In this document: positions 34,872-47,082 of the stretch, in pieces
Numbering within the stretch: the stretch's first letter is position 1
How the letters are laid out: every line of letters begins with the position of its first letter
Assembly (NCBI GenBank): GCA_051294375.1
Contig: CM119266.1
Coordinates: forward strand, 10,701,571-10,765,570
Direction: 5' to 3'
DNA: 64,000 nucleotides
Source: Paraspadella gotoi
Taxonomy: Eukaryota > Animalia > Chaetognatha
Translations under genes and position numbers: made by a program
Notes under the pieces: model-generated
Told to the model about the DNA's origin: nothing
The model's database searches: none
What the model saw: the letters and a program-made list of their open reading frames with translations, nothing else

Positions 34872-35472
34872 GGTGGACTAAAATCCACCACTGGTGCCTG
34901 AGGCAAGTCATTCGCCTCTCAACCCAAAGGTCCGGGGTTCTAGCACGGTGGTTGCCTAGCAGTTAAGAGGGACTGGGTGCTTAACCCGCCTGTGCACGGT
35001 GTTACAGCCTGATCCGGAGCTCAGGGACTAACACTAACTAACACATCAATAATTTCCGTCTCTTCATTGGTGAGCGACTGTTCCGATCACGACAACACTT
35101 TCAGGCGACATGCCTCAACCTGGCAATGCACTTTCCGCCAAACAACACATCAGGCGACATGCCTCAACTTGGTGACTAACTTTCCATCAACAACAATTCA
35201 CTGAAGAGACGCAAGACTTCTCCCTACGTGAGGGGGGATGTATGGTGGACTAAAATCCACCAACTGTTCATCAGCGGTCACTGGTGTCAGAGGCAAGTCA
35301 TTCGCCTCCCAACCCAAAGGTCCTGGGTTCAAGCCCGGTGGTCGCCTAACAGTTAAGAGGGACGGGGTGCTTAACCCGCCTGTAACACGGTGTTACAGCC
35401 TGATCCGAAGCTCAGGGTCTGCTTTATTGAACGTTCTGTTACTAACACATAACATAATTACTGTCTCTTCAA
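34872..35472 (+). mobile_element. Tandem tRNA-derived SINE copies
   Basis: tRNA-like head at 35274-35346 (acceptor GCGGTCA/TGGTCGC, A-box TGGTGTCAGAGG, B-box GGTTCAAGCCC, broken anticodon stem). A diverged copy starts at about 34889 and shares the body. Confidence 0.75.
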
Positions 35473-36016
35473 TGATTAATTTAATTATCTGACAATATCG
35501 TTAATAAATTTTTGATATAAATAAGTTTTATTAAATATTGACTCTACAATAACTTACCTGAACCTTACCCGCTGATTTCAAATTTTTTTAACAAAAGTGC
35601 AATGTACAATGTATACCTTGCCAGAAGAATTTTTAGTTGCACCGCAGTACTCTGCCTATTCCTACGTTAAAAATGCATATAATTTTCCTATAGTTGGTTG
35701 CTCATTTGTTAAAACAGAAAAAATCTCAAATCTAAGGGACTGCAAGCGCCGCCTTTAGGAATTTTAAAACTATAAGAAATAAAAGATGAAGAAAGTCTTT
35801 TTGTCATGTCATGTTATGTTGTGTCATATCTTGTTGATCAAAGGGAAATTAATGTAAAAATAAATTTCCTGCAGCGCAACATATTGCCATTCTTGTTATG
35901 AAATTCGTACAACCAATATAAAAATTATCCATTCATTAATAAATAAGCTATCTTATATTACAAAAAAATAGTTTTAAAAATATTTTATCTGGTATGTTTT
36001 AGAATGAGATTGAACA

Positions 36017-36212
36017 AAATTTTACTTATGCCGACCGGGTTTTTGGCGTTTTTTAAAAAACTATTTAAAAATATATATTTTTAAAAATAAAATTAATTAA
36101 AATTATTACTTAATTACCCTAACCCTAAACCCTTTTAATCTTAACTACCCTTAACCTTAAACCACCCTTAACCCTAACCCTTTACCCTGGTCGGTGAAAG
36201 TAAAATTAACCC
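36017..36212. mobile_element. MITE with telomere-like (CCCTAA) array
   Basis: AATTTTACTTATGCCGACCGGG ... CCCTGGTCGGTGAAAGTAAAATTAACC. Related copies at 37174-37323 and about 37553-37953. Confidence 0.7.
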
Positions 36213-36272
36213 CAATAAGTATTCAATCATTTCTTTTAACGTCATCGCAAGCACTAATAATTTAATATAAAG

Positions 36273-36729
36273 ATAATTAAAGATATATTTTCATCATGGA
36301 GAAATGCATTTAACAAACGAATTTTTTTTTTTTTTTTTTCATTCAAAAAAACTTATTCATGATACCAAAAATTCGTGAAGCGTTGGAAATCAGACGGCAC
36401 AGCAGCGGCCCAGGAGAGGGACTCAACGAGGAATGGGGGGCCTACGTAAAAACAGACGCTTGGAACCCCGTCTTCCATGAACTGAACTGATGGTGTTTTT
36501 ATTAATGACTACTGCCTATTCCTACCAAGGTCATTTCTTTCTTTCTCTCTCTCTCTCCCTCTCTCTCTCTTTCCCTTCTCTCTTTACTCTTTTTAAACAA
36601 ATCATTTTTCTCGTTTTTTTCACTTTTTGCCACTGATGATGACTTTGCAATATAAGTCGAAATATTTGGAAAAAAAAATCGTTTGTTAAATGCACTTTTC
36701 TCCATGATGAAAATATTTCTTTAAATTAT
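36273..36729 (+). mobile_element. 5'-truncated Penelope-like retroelement (GIY-YIG C-terminus, hammerhead motif, inverted 5' duplication)
   Basis: 36368-36490 encodes KIREALEIRRHSSGPGEGLNEEWGAYVKTDAWNPVFHELN*, the Penelope/Poseidon endonuclease tail. CTGATGA-t-GACTT-loop-AAGTC-GAAA at 36633-36662. 36273-36330 is the inverse of 36670-36729. Confidence 0.85.
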
Positions 36730-37173
36730 TCAATCATTTTTTTCCCAAACAATGCGGAAAAAACTAAGCAATTGATTTTGCTGTATCAAAGAAAGTATTA
36801 GATAAAAGAATTTTATAATAATTATATTATATTGGCTAAAAGCTTAGAAAGAGTACTATTTGAATATTTATTCATATTTTGAAAGCCATTAATAATTTTA
36901 AAGTAATGATTTTTTTAAATTTGTCCAGATATACCCCTGTAATTTCTGGTCTTATAGTCCCAGAGTGAAATCATTCAGCCTTTCAATTTCAGCCCTCAAA
37001 TACAAATTTAGCTGATCTAGTTGATTTTAACGCAGCTTTTCTGATCAAATCACTGTAAATATTTCCCAATCACCATTGGGGATGAGAACGCTAAGTTAAC
37101 TATTAATGGAATTTTAATTTGTCACCAATTCGATTTCTGCTGTCTAAATATGATTTGAATAATAGCCAAACCT

Positions 37174-37323
37174 GGTTAATTTTATTTTCGCCGACCGGAG
37201 TTAGGAGTGTTTATGGTTAAGAGGGTTTATGGTTAAGGTAATTAGTAATACGTAATTACGTAATAATTTTTTAAATTTTTCAAAAGATACCGAAACCCCG
37301 GTCGGCAAGAATAAAATTTAGCC
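37174..37323. mobile_element. MITE with degenerate (TTAGGG)-like array
   Basis: TIRs GGTTAATTTTATTTTCGCCGACCGG / CCGGTCGGCAAGAATAAAATTTAGCC. Confidence 0.75.
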
Positions 37324-38424
37324 ATCAAACCAAAGGTGCGTTTACGTGATCTTCGTCAATGTGATGAAGCGGGTGATCTCCTGGATCGTACTCGAAACAC
37401 ACAATTGGAATGGTAAGTCAGCCCGCTTGGCCATTTGGCCATTTGGTATTGTTAGAGCAAAACCTGGGGTGAGATAATTTTCCGCCACCCTAATGACTTA
37501 TGTGTGCAGAATTTTAGTATCCTTTTGGATATTTTGACGACCATAATCAACCTTGGCTATTTGTTAATCACATGACTTTTGTTTTCCCTTTAGCGTCGAT
37601 TTTTAGTTAAATATTTTTTTTTTTTGTTGTAAAAAAGCTATTTTTGTATATTTATTATTAAGTATTATTCAAAAGTAATGTTTTATTTAAAATTAATACT
37701 TTTTATACATTCTTTGTTAATTGGTAAAAAAATCTTTAAAAATTTTTTTTGTTAATTGGTTAGGGTTAAGGGTAATTGGGGTTAAGGATTGGGGGTGGTC
37801 AGGGTTAGGGGTAGTTTTCAAAATAAAATTTTTGATTTAGTTTTTCCGTTCTTATCAATATTTATTTTTGTGTAACAATATTTTAATATGTCGTTCATAA
37901 GCAGTGAAAAACAAATAACCGACCGCATAATCCCGGTCGGCGAATGTATAACCTTATATGTAATATAAAAAAACTTTTTCTCAAGTATGTAAACTTATTT
38001 TAGCTGTGAGCACATCGAATACTGTGATGTGCTGCTCTTTTATTTCTTTTTTATAAGGTTCAGGGTGGCGCCTCTTATCCATAGTTTTCTTCCTATTCAA
38101 TTTCCGGTTAACATAAAATTGTTACCCTTTTTTTGAAGTGGTTATTGACATATAATTCTTGTGTAAATCAGTATTTTTTTCCAACACCTATCTATTGTTT
38201 TTCAAAGAAGCAATACAATCTCATCATTAATCAAGACCTGAAACCTACAATATCAGTTTTTGCATTACTTGTTTATTTGCTCTTTGACTCCAAGAAAAAC
38301 GTTGCGAATTCTACTGTTTAAATTTCTCATTCTTTTGAAACTATAAAATGGTCCTTTCTTTTAAAATAGTGTTAAAATTAAGTTTTTACTGTAAAGTACT
38401 TAATAAGCAATTTTAATATTTTGT

Positions 38425-39565
38425 CAAGCATGTCCTAAACAATGCCGGATCTTCACACGATAATAAGCGGTCATTAATTAATTTATTAATATATTTATTA
38501 ATTATTAGATGTGATGATAGTCTTTGATGCGATTATAGATATTTATTGATTCGATGATAATCATTCATTAATACAATTAGGAGGATTTATTAATGCTATG
38601 ATAATGAGACGATAATGGATGCTCTATATGATGCTAGAGAGTGATAGAGATATATAACAAATCATAACAGATTCCTTAATAAATAAATAAAATAATCTAG
38701 CAATCATTCAATCAACTGCTCAATCAGCCAATCAATCATTTTAACTTAGAGAGAAAAAACTTAAAAATTTAAAAAGAATTCAAATAAATGTGACCTGTGT
38801 TTTTTTTCCATTTAAACTCCATTCCACTTGGACGATTCCTTTGAAACTTGATATCTAACTCAATCACGCACTTTCCTACTCTCGCATAAAATTTTATTTC
38901 AATCCATCCATAAAATTATAATTAATTGGAATAATTAAGATTAAAGTAAATATGCCTTTTGTTTTTTTTTCTTTTAAACCCGATTCTACTTGCACGATTC
39001 CATCGAAACTTTATAACCAGCTCAATCACACACTTTCTTACCCACATACCAAATTTCAAGTCCATCGTGAATTAGATTTTTTTGTTTTTCCCATTTTAAT
39101 TCATTTACTCTTGGACGATTCCATGGAAACAAGTCCATCGGCCCATCCACTCAAGCGTAATTGGCGTTCAAAGCAAAGGGGGGACCGACGTACATCGATT
39201 TTTTTGAATAGTTTATCTTTAGAGATAAAACGAAAAATTCGTTGTAATAGCAATTTGTATTTTTATTATTGTACATGTTTCGACTCTTAGTGTTACGAGT
39301 CTTCATCAGCATCAACTCGTAACACTAAGAGTCGAAACATGTACAATAATAAAAATAAAAATTGCTATTACAACGAATTTTTCGTTTCATCTCTAAACTA
39401 TTTTAAATAGCAAAAAAGAAAGTCAAAAATACAATGAATAGTTTATCATAATTTGATGTTCTGACATGATTTAAGTATTTTATTGACAAGATTGGGGGGC
39501 GGACCGACAGACCGACAAAGTGAATTATAGAGCCGGAATCTGCTGTAAGCAGATTCGGCTAAAAA
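38425..39565 (-). mobile_element. HINE/DINE-1-like family A, reverse copy containing a Penelope palindrome
   Basis: 39446-39565 is the reverse complement of the family A 5' end, and 38425-38462 of its 3' end. Confidence 0.7.
39218..39397. mobile_element. Near-perfect 180-bp Penelope-type palindrome with a minimal hammerhead (- strand)
   Basis: Arms 39218-39300 and 39315-39397. The minus strand reads CTGATGA-a-GACTC-gtaacactaa-GAGTC-GAAA-CATG-TA. Confidence 0.85.
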
Positions 39566-40266
39566 TATAAATTTTAAAGATATAGTTGCAGTATAAAATT
39601 GATTGACATCGCATGTGTTCCAGGAAAACATATCGCTGTATATTGTGTATAACCACTAACCATTTAACCAACTATAAAAATAAGGGATAAAAAATACAAA
39701 AAAAGAACCCTAAATAAAGACGACTTCTGATGCCAAGACGAAACGACTCGAAAAACGAAAAGTCGCGTGCCAACGCCTTCGTTCGCGAGGATGAAATGGT
39801 TCGGGAGAAAGGAGAGAGAGTGAGATGGTACTGGGTTGCGTCGACTCAAAAAAAAAAAAAAAGAGAGAGGGGAAGTGGGGTGAAAATAAAAGATGAGGCT
39901 TGTGTCGGTTGCTAAAAATAGGAAAAGAATGTGGAGGAGATGATTAGATTGATTTCGATTTTTCAAGATAACAATTCTTTTTTAAATTTTAATAAGTTTT
40001 AAATGCTCATAGTTTTTTCCCCACTTTTATTTTCTGAAGAAAAGCATTTTCACGAAATACATTCTATTAAATGCATGTATTATTGACTTCTATCATGGTA
40101 CAAACCATTCATTGCAAGGCGCGATGGTAGTTGAAAGAAATTATCGTAAGAAATTGTTGCCAATTTATGAACAAGCTTAGGGGTGTAGGTAATCCTAAAC
40201 ATTGCAGTCGTTAGTTTAAGCGAGGCAAGCCTACTATATATGTGAGCTGATTAGCGCTCGATTTCA

Positions 40267-40800
40267 TCAAGTTTGAGTAAAAAGCGTCGGATCTGCCTAA
40301 AATTAATTAATGGGATGTTAAATCATTTTAAAAAGAATAATATTTTTATATTTCTAATAAAATTATAAATGAAAAGTAGCTTGTTATAAAGTAAGTTATT
40401 AACAGTACCGGAGGTACTTATAGTGGGTATATGCTCTTTGATTAAAGCCGAATTCTAATTTGATCATTTAAAATTTTTATCTATCAATATTATTTAAAAT
40501 AATTTGAGTTTGAAATTAAGGAAGAATATATACGGATAATTGCATAGATATTTTATATATAGAGGAAATTGGTACAACCAATATAAAAATTATCCATTCA
40601 TTTAATAAATAAGCTATCTTGTCCCTGACTTTGGACAGGCTTTTGTGGTTTAAGGCCTCCATCACACATACAAGATAATAACATAGCAGGTTTCTGCAAG
40701 TTTTCAATATATAATTTTTTATGATTTGATATTTTAAACGCCTGACCGACCAAACTATGAGGGCGACGCAGTGAATCTGCAGAAGCGGATCCTACTGAAA
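40267..40800 (-). mobile_element. Degraded HINE family A reverse copy with a nested GAAATTGGTACAACC-family fragment
   Basis: GTCGGATCTGCC at about 40287, inverted 5' end at about 40745-40800, insert at 40565-40654. Confidence 0.55.
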
Positions 40801-43800
40801 AGAGGAATAAGGTTGGTTAGAAGTCAGAGGAAAGAAACTTAGGGTATGGAATTCGAGTGGGATGGGAGCGGCGGAACGAGGTGGTCTCTCGTGTCACAAG
40901 ACGCGGCAGAATTTGCTGCAGATGAGTGGAACCATCTAGAATACAATGGAGCGAAAGCCTCGGCTACGAGAAGAACATCGAGTTTGAATGCGAGGGGGCG
41001 GAATAAATCGTGGAGACCGAAACTCGCGAGCTCGCGCTCTTGCGTCTCAACGCTGACGAGAGAGAGAGAGAGAGAGAAAAGGCGAAAGTCACCATCAAAA
41101 GAAATGGTGGCGGAGGGCCGTGAGGGGGTAAAGCGAGAAAGCATCGTCGGTGGTTCTGGCGGAGGAAGGGGATAAAGTGTGAAAAAGCTGTGGGAGCGTA
41201 AATGTAAGCGATGATGATAGAGGCTTGGCACTTTGGAGACGGCCTTGGAATATATAAGTCTTAAGAACCCATCATTGTGCTCTCGACTAGTTTTTCTTTC
41301 ACAAGATGTGAAATATGGGAGCTGAACTTTATTCAACGCGCAGTTTATTCATGCAAAATAAAAATCGTATGATTCAAAATTATATTTTGTGATAATAATA
41401 ATTAATAGTCGGCGTCTATACATGAATTGGCTCTGAATTCTAGTGTTCACGTTGTTCAAATTAATCCAACTTAATATCCAACGCGACAAATTGGGCGCGC
41501 GAAGATTGAATTCTCTCGTCCCGTCTCGTCGTCCGGCGACGCGGCGAATGCGTCTTCTTCGTAAGATTAAATTAATTGATAGCCCGGGCAATGAACACAA
41601 TTAGATTTGGTCCCCCTTTTCCCTCGTGGCCTTCTTTCCCCTTCTCTCTCCAATCTCCGTCCGCGACCTTTTTGACCTCCTCTCGTTCCAACCGCTGCTC
41701 GTCGTTACCTTCTCTCCGGTTTTTTTCAGTTTGTCATTATCTCTGTATTTTTTGTATTGCAGCGCGCCTTCCCTGACGGCGGAATTTGGCCTTGGCCGGC
41801 GACTTTATCTCGTTCATTAGCAAGCTCCGCTATTCTTTCTTTTTATCTTTCTTTCTTCTTGTCCTATCTCTCTCTCTCTCTTCATCTTCTCTCATCTCTC
41901 TCTCTCTCTCTCTCCTTCTCTTCTCTCTCTCTCTCTCTCTCCTCTCTCTCTCCTCTTCTCCTCCTCTCCGCCGCTCTAGAGTAATCTCCCTCTGGCCTTT
42001 TCTAAAACCTCGCGTCCGCTTCTCTACTTTTGTCTGGTACGTTTAGTCTTAGTTGGTTTTTAATCCTTAGCTGCATCATATACATACCCTAACTTCAGTC
42101 CAGCTTGTGAAGCTACTTCTTATACGCTGGTCCACGCAGCCGCTCCCCCTCTCCTCAAGTGCTTCTTTTACTCTCCCAAATAAATACATCCTTCTCATGC
42201 TCTTTTCCGTTTTAGCGTGCTTCTCGTGCTCACTTTGCTCTCTCTCATTGTCCTCCCGGTCCTTCCTAATGTTGCCAATGGCAACAACGTCATCCCCATT
42301 CCCTCCCATACATTCACAATCGCGCCCGCCTCCAGCTTCCCCATCTGATCCGACCATTCAAGGAAGTCCAACTGCGGGCATTCCAGCTTCGCTACTGGCG
42401 CTCTGCACATGTCGTCCACGTCGAGGCTGAAGCGTTCATCAGTCGGCACTAGTCGGCCTCTCCGTGGCCCTACTCAGCTGTTCGCCCATCCGCGATCGTG
42501 GATGCTGCAATGCGCAGTCGATCTGCTTGACACCGAGATAGGCGCGCATTGCCCATCTACCATGCTCAGCGAGTTTACGTATCTAATACGTAGAAGTCGA
42601 CACGAACGAACTGGGCTGAGCGGTTTGAAACGAGAGCGTTCTCTCTCTCTCGTCTCATCTCGTCACGTCGAGCCATCCGTCTGCTTCTTCTCTCTCCCCG
42701 GTCTCTCCCTTCTCTCCTCTACTGTCTTCCTCTCCTCTCTGCGCGGTATGCCGCTTCTGTCCTTTCTGTCCTGGTATCATACACCTCTCTCTAGCTGTCT
42801 CGCAGCGCTGACTTATCCGCGACAATCTAGTTGCTACATGATCAACATACCGTTGCATCTTGCTACCAAAACTTTTAACCTTCAAGCGGGACAAAAAACA
42901 ATTACTTGGAAATGGTAAAGGAGAAAGGGAGTAAGTTGATTGTTGATTTGTAAATAGAAATGTGTTAAGAGGCTCAAATATTAAAGTCTAACCAATAATA
43001 CTATTGTGATAAGCTCTCGCCGAAACGTTCTTTATTCAATAATAAGTAGAATCAGGAAAAAAAAGGATTTAAAATTATCAACCGCGACCGAAGTTAGACT
43101 GCGTCCCTTAATTAAAAGGCGTCTCTTTGTTTCATTTCCGGCAAGCGGCCATCATGGATTCATTTTTTTTTTGCCAAGTTCAAAGAAATCAAGACTTGCT
43201 TGGCTCCTCTCACCAGGTGTTGGACTATCCTGGGGCATCGAACCGTGAAGTCGTCGGATGCACTCGTCTCATTCTTCCGTCTCGCAATGTCGGCCTGGAA
43301 CGAGAAAAACCGTTTTTGGCTCGTTTCCGTCCCTTTTCCTGTTGCACCGCTTCAACAGACCGAATCATCCCGACAAATGCTTGCGCGCGCGCTCTCTCTC
43401 TTTCTCTCTCTCCCTCTCTCTCTCGTCCCTTTTTATGTCGAGTCGCGACTCTCTCTCCTTTCGTCCCAGCCACGCCGTAAATTCTGAAGAAATCGATAAA
43501 AACGAAGTGGAATGAAAAAGAATTAGCGACGGAATAAAAGAAAAAAATGTTTAAAAAAAAAANNNNNNNNNNNNNNNNNNNNNNNNNNNNNNNNNNNNNN
43601 NNNNNNNNNNNNNNNNNNNNNNNNNNNNNNNNNNNNNNNNNNNNNNNNNNNNNNNNNNNNNNNNNNNNNNNNNNNNNNNNNNNNNNNNNNNNNNNNNNNN
43701 NNNNNNNNNNNNNNNNNNNNNNNNNNNNNNNNNNNNNNNNNNNNNNNNNNNNNNNNNNNNNNNNNNNNNNNNNNNNNNNNNNNNNNNNNNNNNNNNNNNN

Positions 43801-43886
43801 NNNNNNNNNNNNNNNNNNNNNNNNNNNNNNNNNNNNNNNNNNNNNNNNNNNNNNNNNNNNNNNNNNNNNNNNNNNNNNNNNNNNNN

Positions 43887-43937
43887 AAGGCTAAAGGGGG
43901 GGGAATTAATTCGAGCCCTCGAAGCCTCTCTCTCTCT

Positions 43938-44000
<63 letters not shown>

Positions 44001-44153
44001 CTCTCTGCCTCTCTCTCTCTCATCGTCGACAGAGAAACGCGTGCGGATCAACCGTCGAGATGCCGAGAGAGCGAAAAAAAGAATGGGCGCCGCGTTTCGC
44101 AGGCTGCGACGCTGCGACGGCTTCGTGGCACTAAACGCGTCTTCGCCGCTCTT

Positions 44154-44191
<38 letters not shown>

Positions 44192-45228
44192 GCTCTTGCG
44201 CGATTTCGCCTCTCTATGGTTCTCGCGCGCGCAAAAAAAGGGGAATTCGTCTTTCGGCCCGCACGCGCTTGCTTGCTAGCTCGCACGTTCCGGCAACACG
44301 CGCGCGCCGCATGTAGCGCGTCTTCAGTCGACCGACGCGGAGAGACGCGATTCCATCGGCTCGACGTCTTTTTTTTTCTTCTTAATTTTCTCTTCGCTCC
44401 GATTCCCTTTTGTTTTTCTTCAAGGGGAGACGGGACCATCGCGATTTTCTGCCTCACTGAACGAATAATTACGAGAAATTATGTCTTGATTATTTGATTA
44501 AATTCGGATGCGGTATGGACCAGGTTTTCTTTCGTCATCTGATCGTTGGAATGTTTATTTTTAGAGAGATTAGCGTGGACCTATTATTAGCGTACAAGTC
44601 AACGTTCATATTGACAATGATTTATTGATTTAAATATGCTCTGGAATTAAACATTTCTCTGTAATTTCAGTTAAAAATAATTTTTAAAAATGGTCTGATT
44701 TTTTTTTTCTGTTAACAAATGTTATTGATTTCAATACTTAATCGAGAGACGAGTACAACTACTAATATTTCTATCGTTCTGTATGAATTTGAAAGCAAAA
44801 CTCAACATTCAAGGCAAATAAACAGCAAATTTAAAGCCATAACGAAGGAGGATCAACACAAATAAGTAAAAGTCGAAAACCACGTGTAACGAACGTGAAA
44901 ATGCGCGATTCGCCTCTAGCGTCGACGCCATCTTCTTATTTCAACGAAGAAATCACGCAAAAGGAAGAAATCACGCGAAGGAAGATGGGAGGACCCTATC
45001 TTTTTCGTGATCTGTTTCACGTCTCGCGCGTTTTCGCGCTTTGCCTTATCCCGATTTAACCTTAAACCTCCTCCCACTCCGCTCCCAAATAACCACATTA
45101 CTTAACATTACTTAGTCCCTGTCTTACATTTAAATGCATCCAACCGAAATACATATTTTGCTTTCTCAAGTTGCTCCACACAGTCCTTTCACGTAGCTGC
45201 CTCTGCTTTTCCTCCTGTCAGCTATTAT

Positions 45229-45294
<66 letters not shown>

Positions 45295-47030
45295 ATTCAG
45301 AGATTTGACACTCCCGTGCTCTTTCGGGATTTCCGCGTTTGAAACCGCTGGAACCCTCGTCTTTTTTTCCGCTCGGCGAAGCTCCTAAAATAGCTGAGTA
45401 ATGTAATGTTGCCGCATCACTATATCATGTGCGTTTGTATTTTCTTTCTTTTTATATTCTTCTTGCGTTGGCTTTTTTTCTTAATATTCTCGTTTGTTCC
45501 TTTTGTCCTTGAGTCTCGACTTTTTTTTTACGATGTTCTTTTTTTTCCCCGCCTCTCCTCATTTGGAGCCTCTCTCCTTTCTTGCCCTTGATACCGGGAC
45601 TGCTTCATTAGTACGCTTTGTGCCGCGAACCTTCGCCGCCTTCGCCTTCGCCTTTTCTCTTTTCCTCTTCTTTCTTTATTCTTTTTTCTTTTCTTTCAGC
45701 TTTCACCTTTCCTCCTCCAATCGTCAGCCTCGTTTAGAACCGAAAGAGGATCCTATCTTTTCTCACCTCTGTCGTCGTTGTATTTTAAAGCTTAACTTCA
45801 CCATTTATTATACTTCTTATACTGTTATTCTCTTCTCTCTCTCTCTTTCTCTTGTCTCTACTCTTTAATTTCTTCTCTCCATCGACTCTCTCTCTCTCTT
45901 TCTCTTTTTTCTCTTTTTAACATGTTCGACATCTCATAATCCATCTTCTTCTTCCCCAACCCCGCCTCTTCCCCTTCTTCTTCCTCTTGATTAATGAGAT
46001 TTTTTCTTCTTCGAATTTGTTTCGTCATCAGTTCGAGTCCGCGTTAAGCGATGGCGCTGGAGTCTTCGAGTGGAAGTGGGCGATGGGTTGGATGGGTAGG
46101 GGGTGGGAGCGTCGATAGGAGGATCGAGAAACTGGGCACTCGATTCTGGGCCATGGCGTCGAGAGGCACCATGGGCCCCCTCGTGGCAAGAAAAAAGGGT
46201 GATGATGGTTATCGAAAAAAATCGTCCGGATTCGCTGCTTCGTCGCGGGTTTTCTCCTCTTCTTTTTCTTTTCCTTTTTCCTTCTGATCGATTACCGATA
46301 ACCGACTTCAGATTAGAAAATCCCCCACTTTGTCTTTCCTTCTTAGTTCTTACCCATCCGGTACGCGTGAATCGCTAATTACTTATTTTATTCGGGTATT
46401 GTAATGTAAATTAAGCCCCAGATCCAATCGAAATCCGATTCGAATTAAATTGGTTTTCGGTCTCATTTATTGCCCTAAGAACGTTTTTAATTTATAAGCT
46501 GTTGATAAGGCGCTGAAGTGGGGCCTGAATATATCCGTCGAATTCCATGAACGGGTCCTGGGTTTTGAAGAGCTTGAGGTTTGCCACAACCCCTAAGGTG
46601 GCTTACGGCCGTCCTCGGCACATTCCCGCAGGGTAGGTACCGGTTGGGATTGAAGGTACTAGTGGTCATAAGTAGATGGAGTTTCTCAAAGAGCCAACGG
46701 GTCACAACTGAAATTGTCATGCTTATAGGGCAGAGGTTTGAAGCCTAGGCAATGCCCGACTCCATAGCTTTAAAAAATGTTAGATTGTAAAGTAACAAAT
46801 TCCTCTTGTATTAAATACAAGAATTCGAAATAGTTTTAAATTTAATAATCGTTTTTTATCGACGACAAATGTCCGTTAAATTAACTCGACTGGCGAACGA
46901 ATGACAAACGTCAAAGGTTGGCCAAAGCGAATAATTGTTCGTCNNNNNNNNNNNNNNNNNNNNNNNNNAAGGCTAAAGGGAGGGGGAATTAATTCGAGCC
47001 CTCCGAAGCTCTCTCTCTCTTTCTCTCTCT

Positions 47031-47082
<52 letters not shown>

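Noticed and set aside
35274-35346. tRNA-Gly(CCC)-like gene
   Set aside because: The anticodon stem does not pair, there is no T-run terminator, and it continues into a shared SINE body; treated as a SINE head.
37517-37525. GTATCCTTT U12-type donor, and a nearby exon-like stretch at 37336-37412
   Set aside because: No connected gene model or branch site could be built.
46015-46036. CTGATGACGAAAC 'minizyme' on the minus strand; also CTGATGA at about 63686
   Set aside because: No stem II, or no GAAA and cleavage triplet in the right geometry; likely chance.
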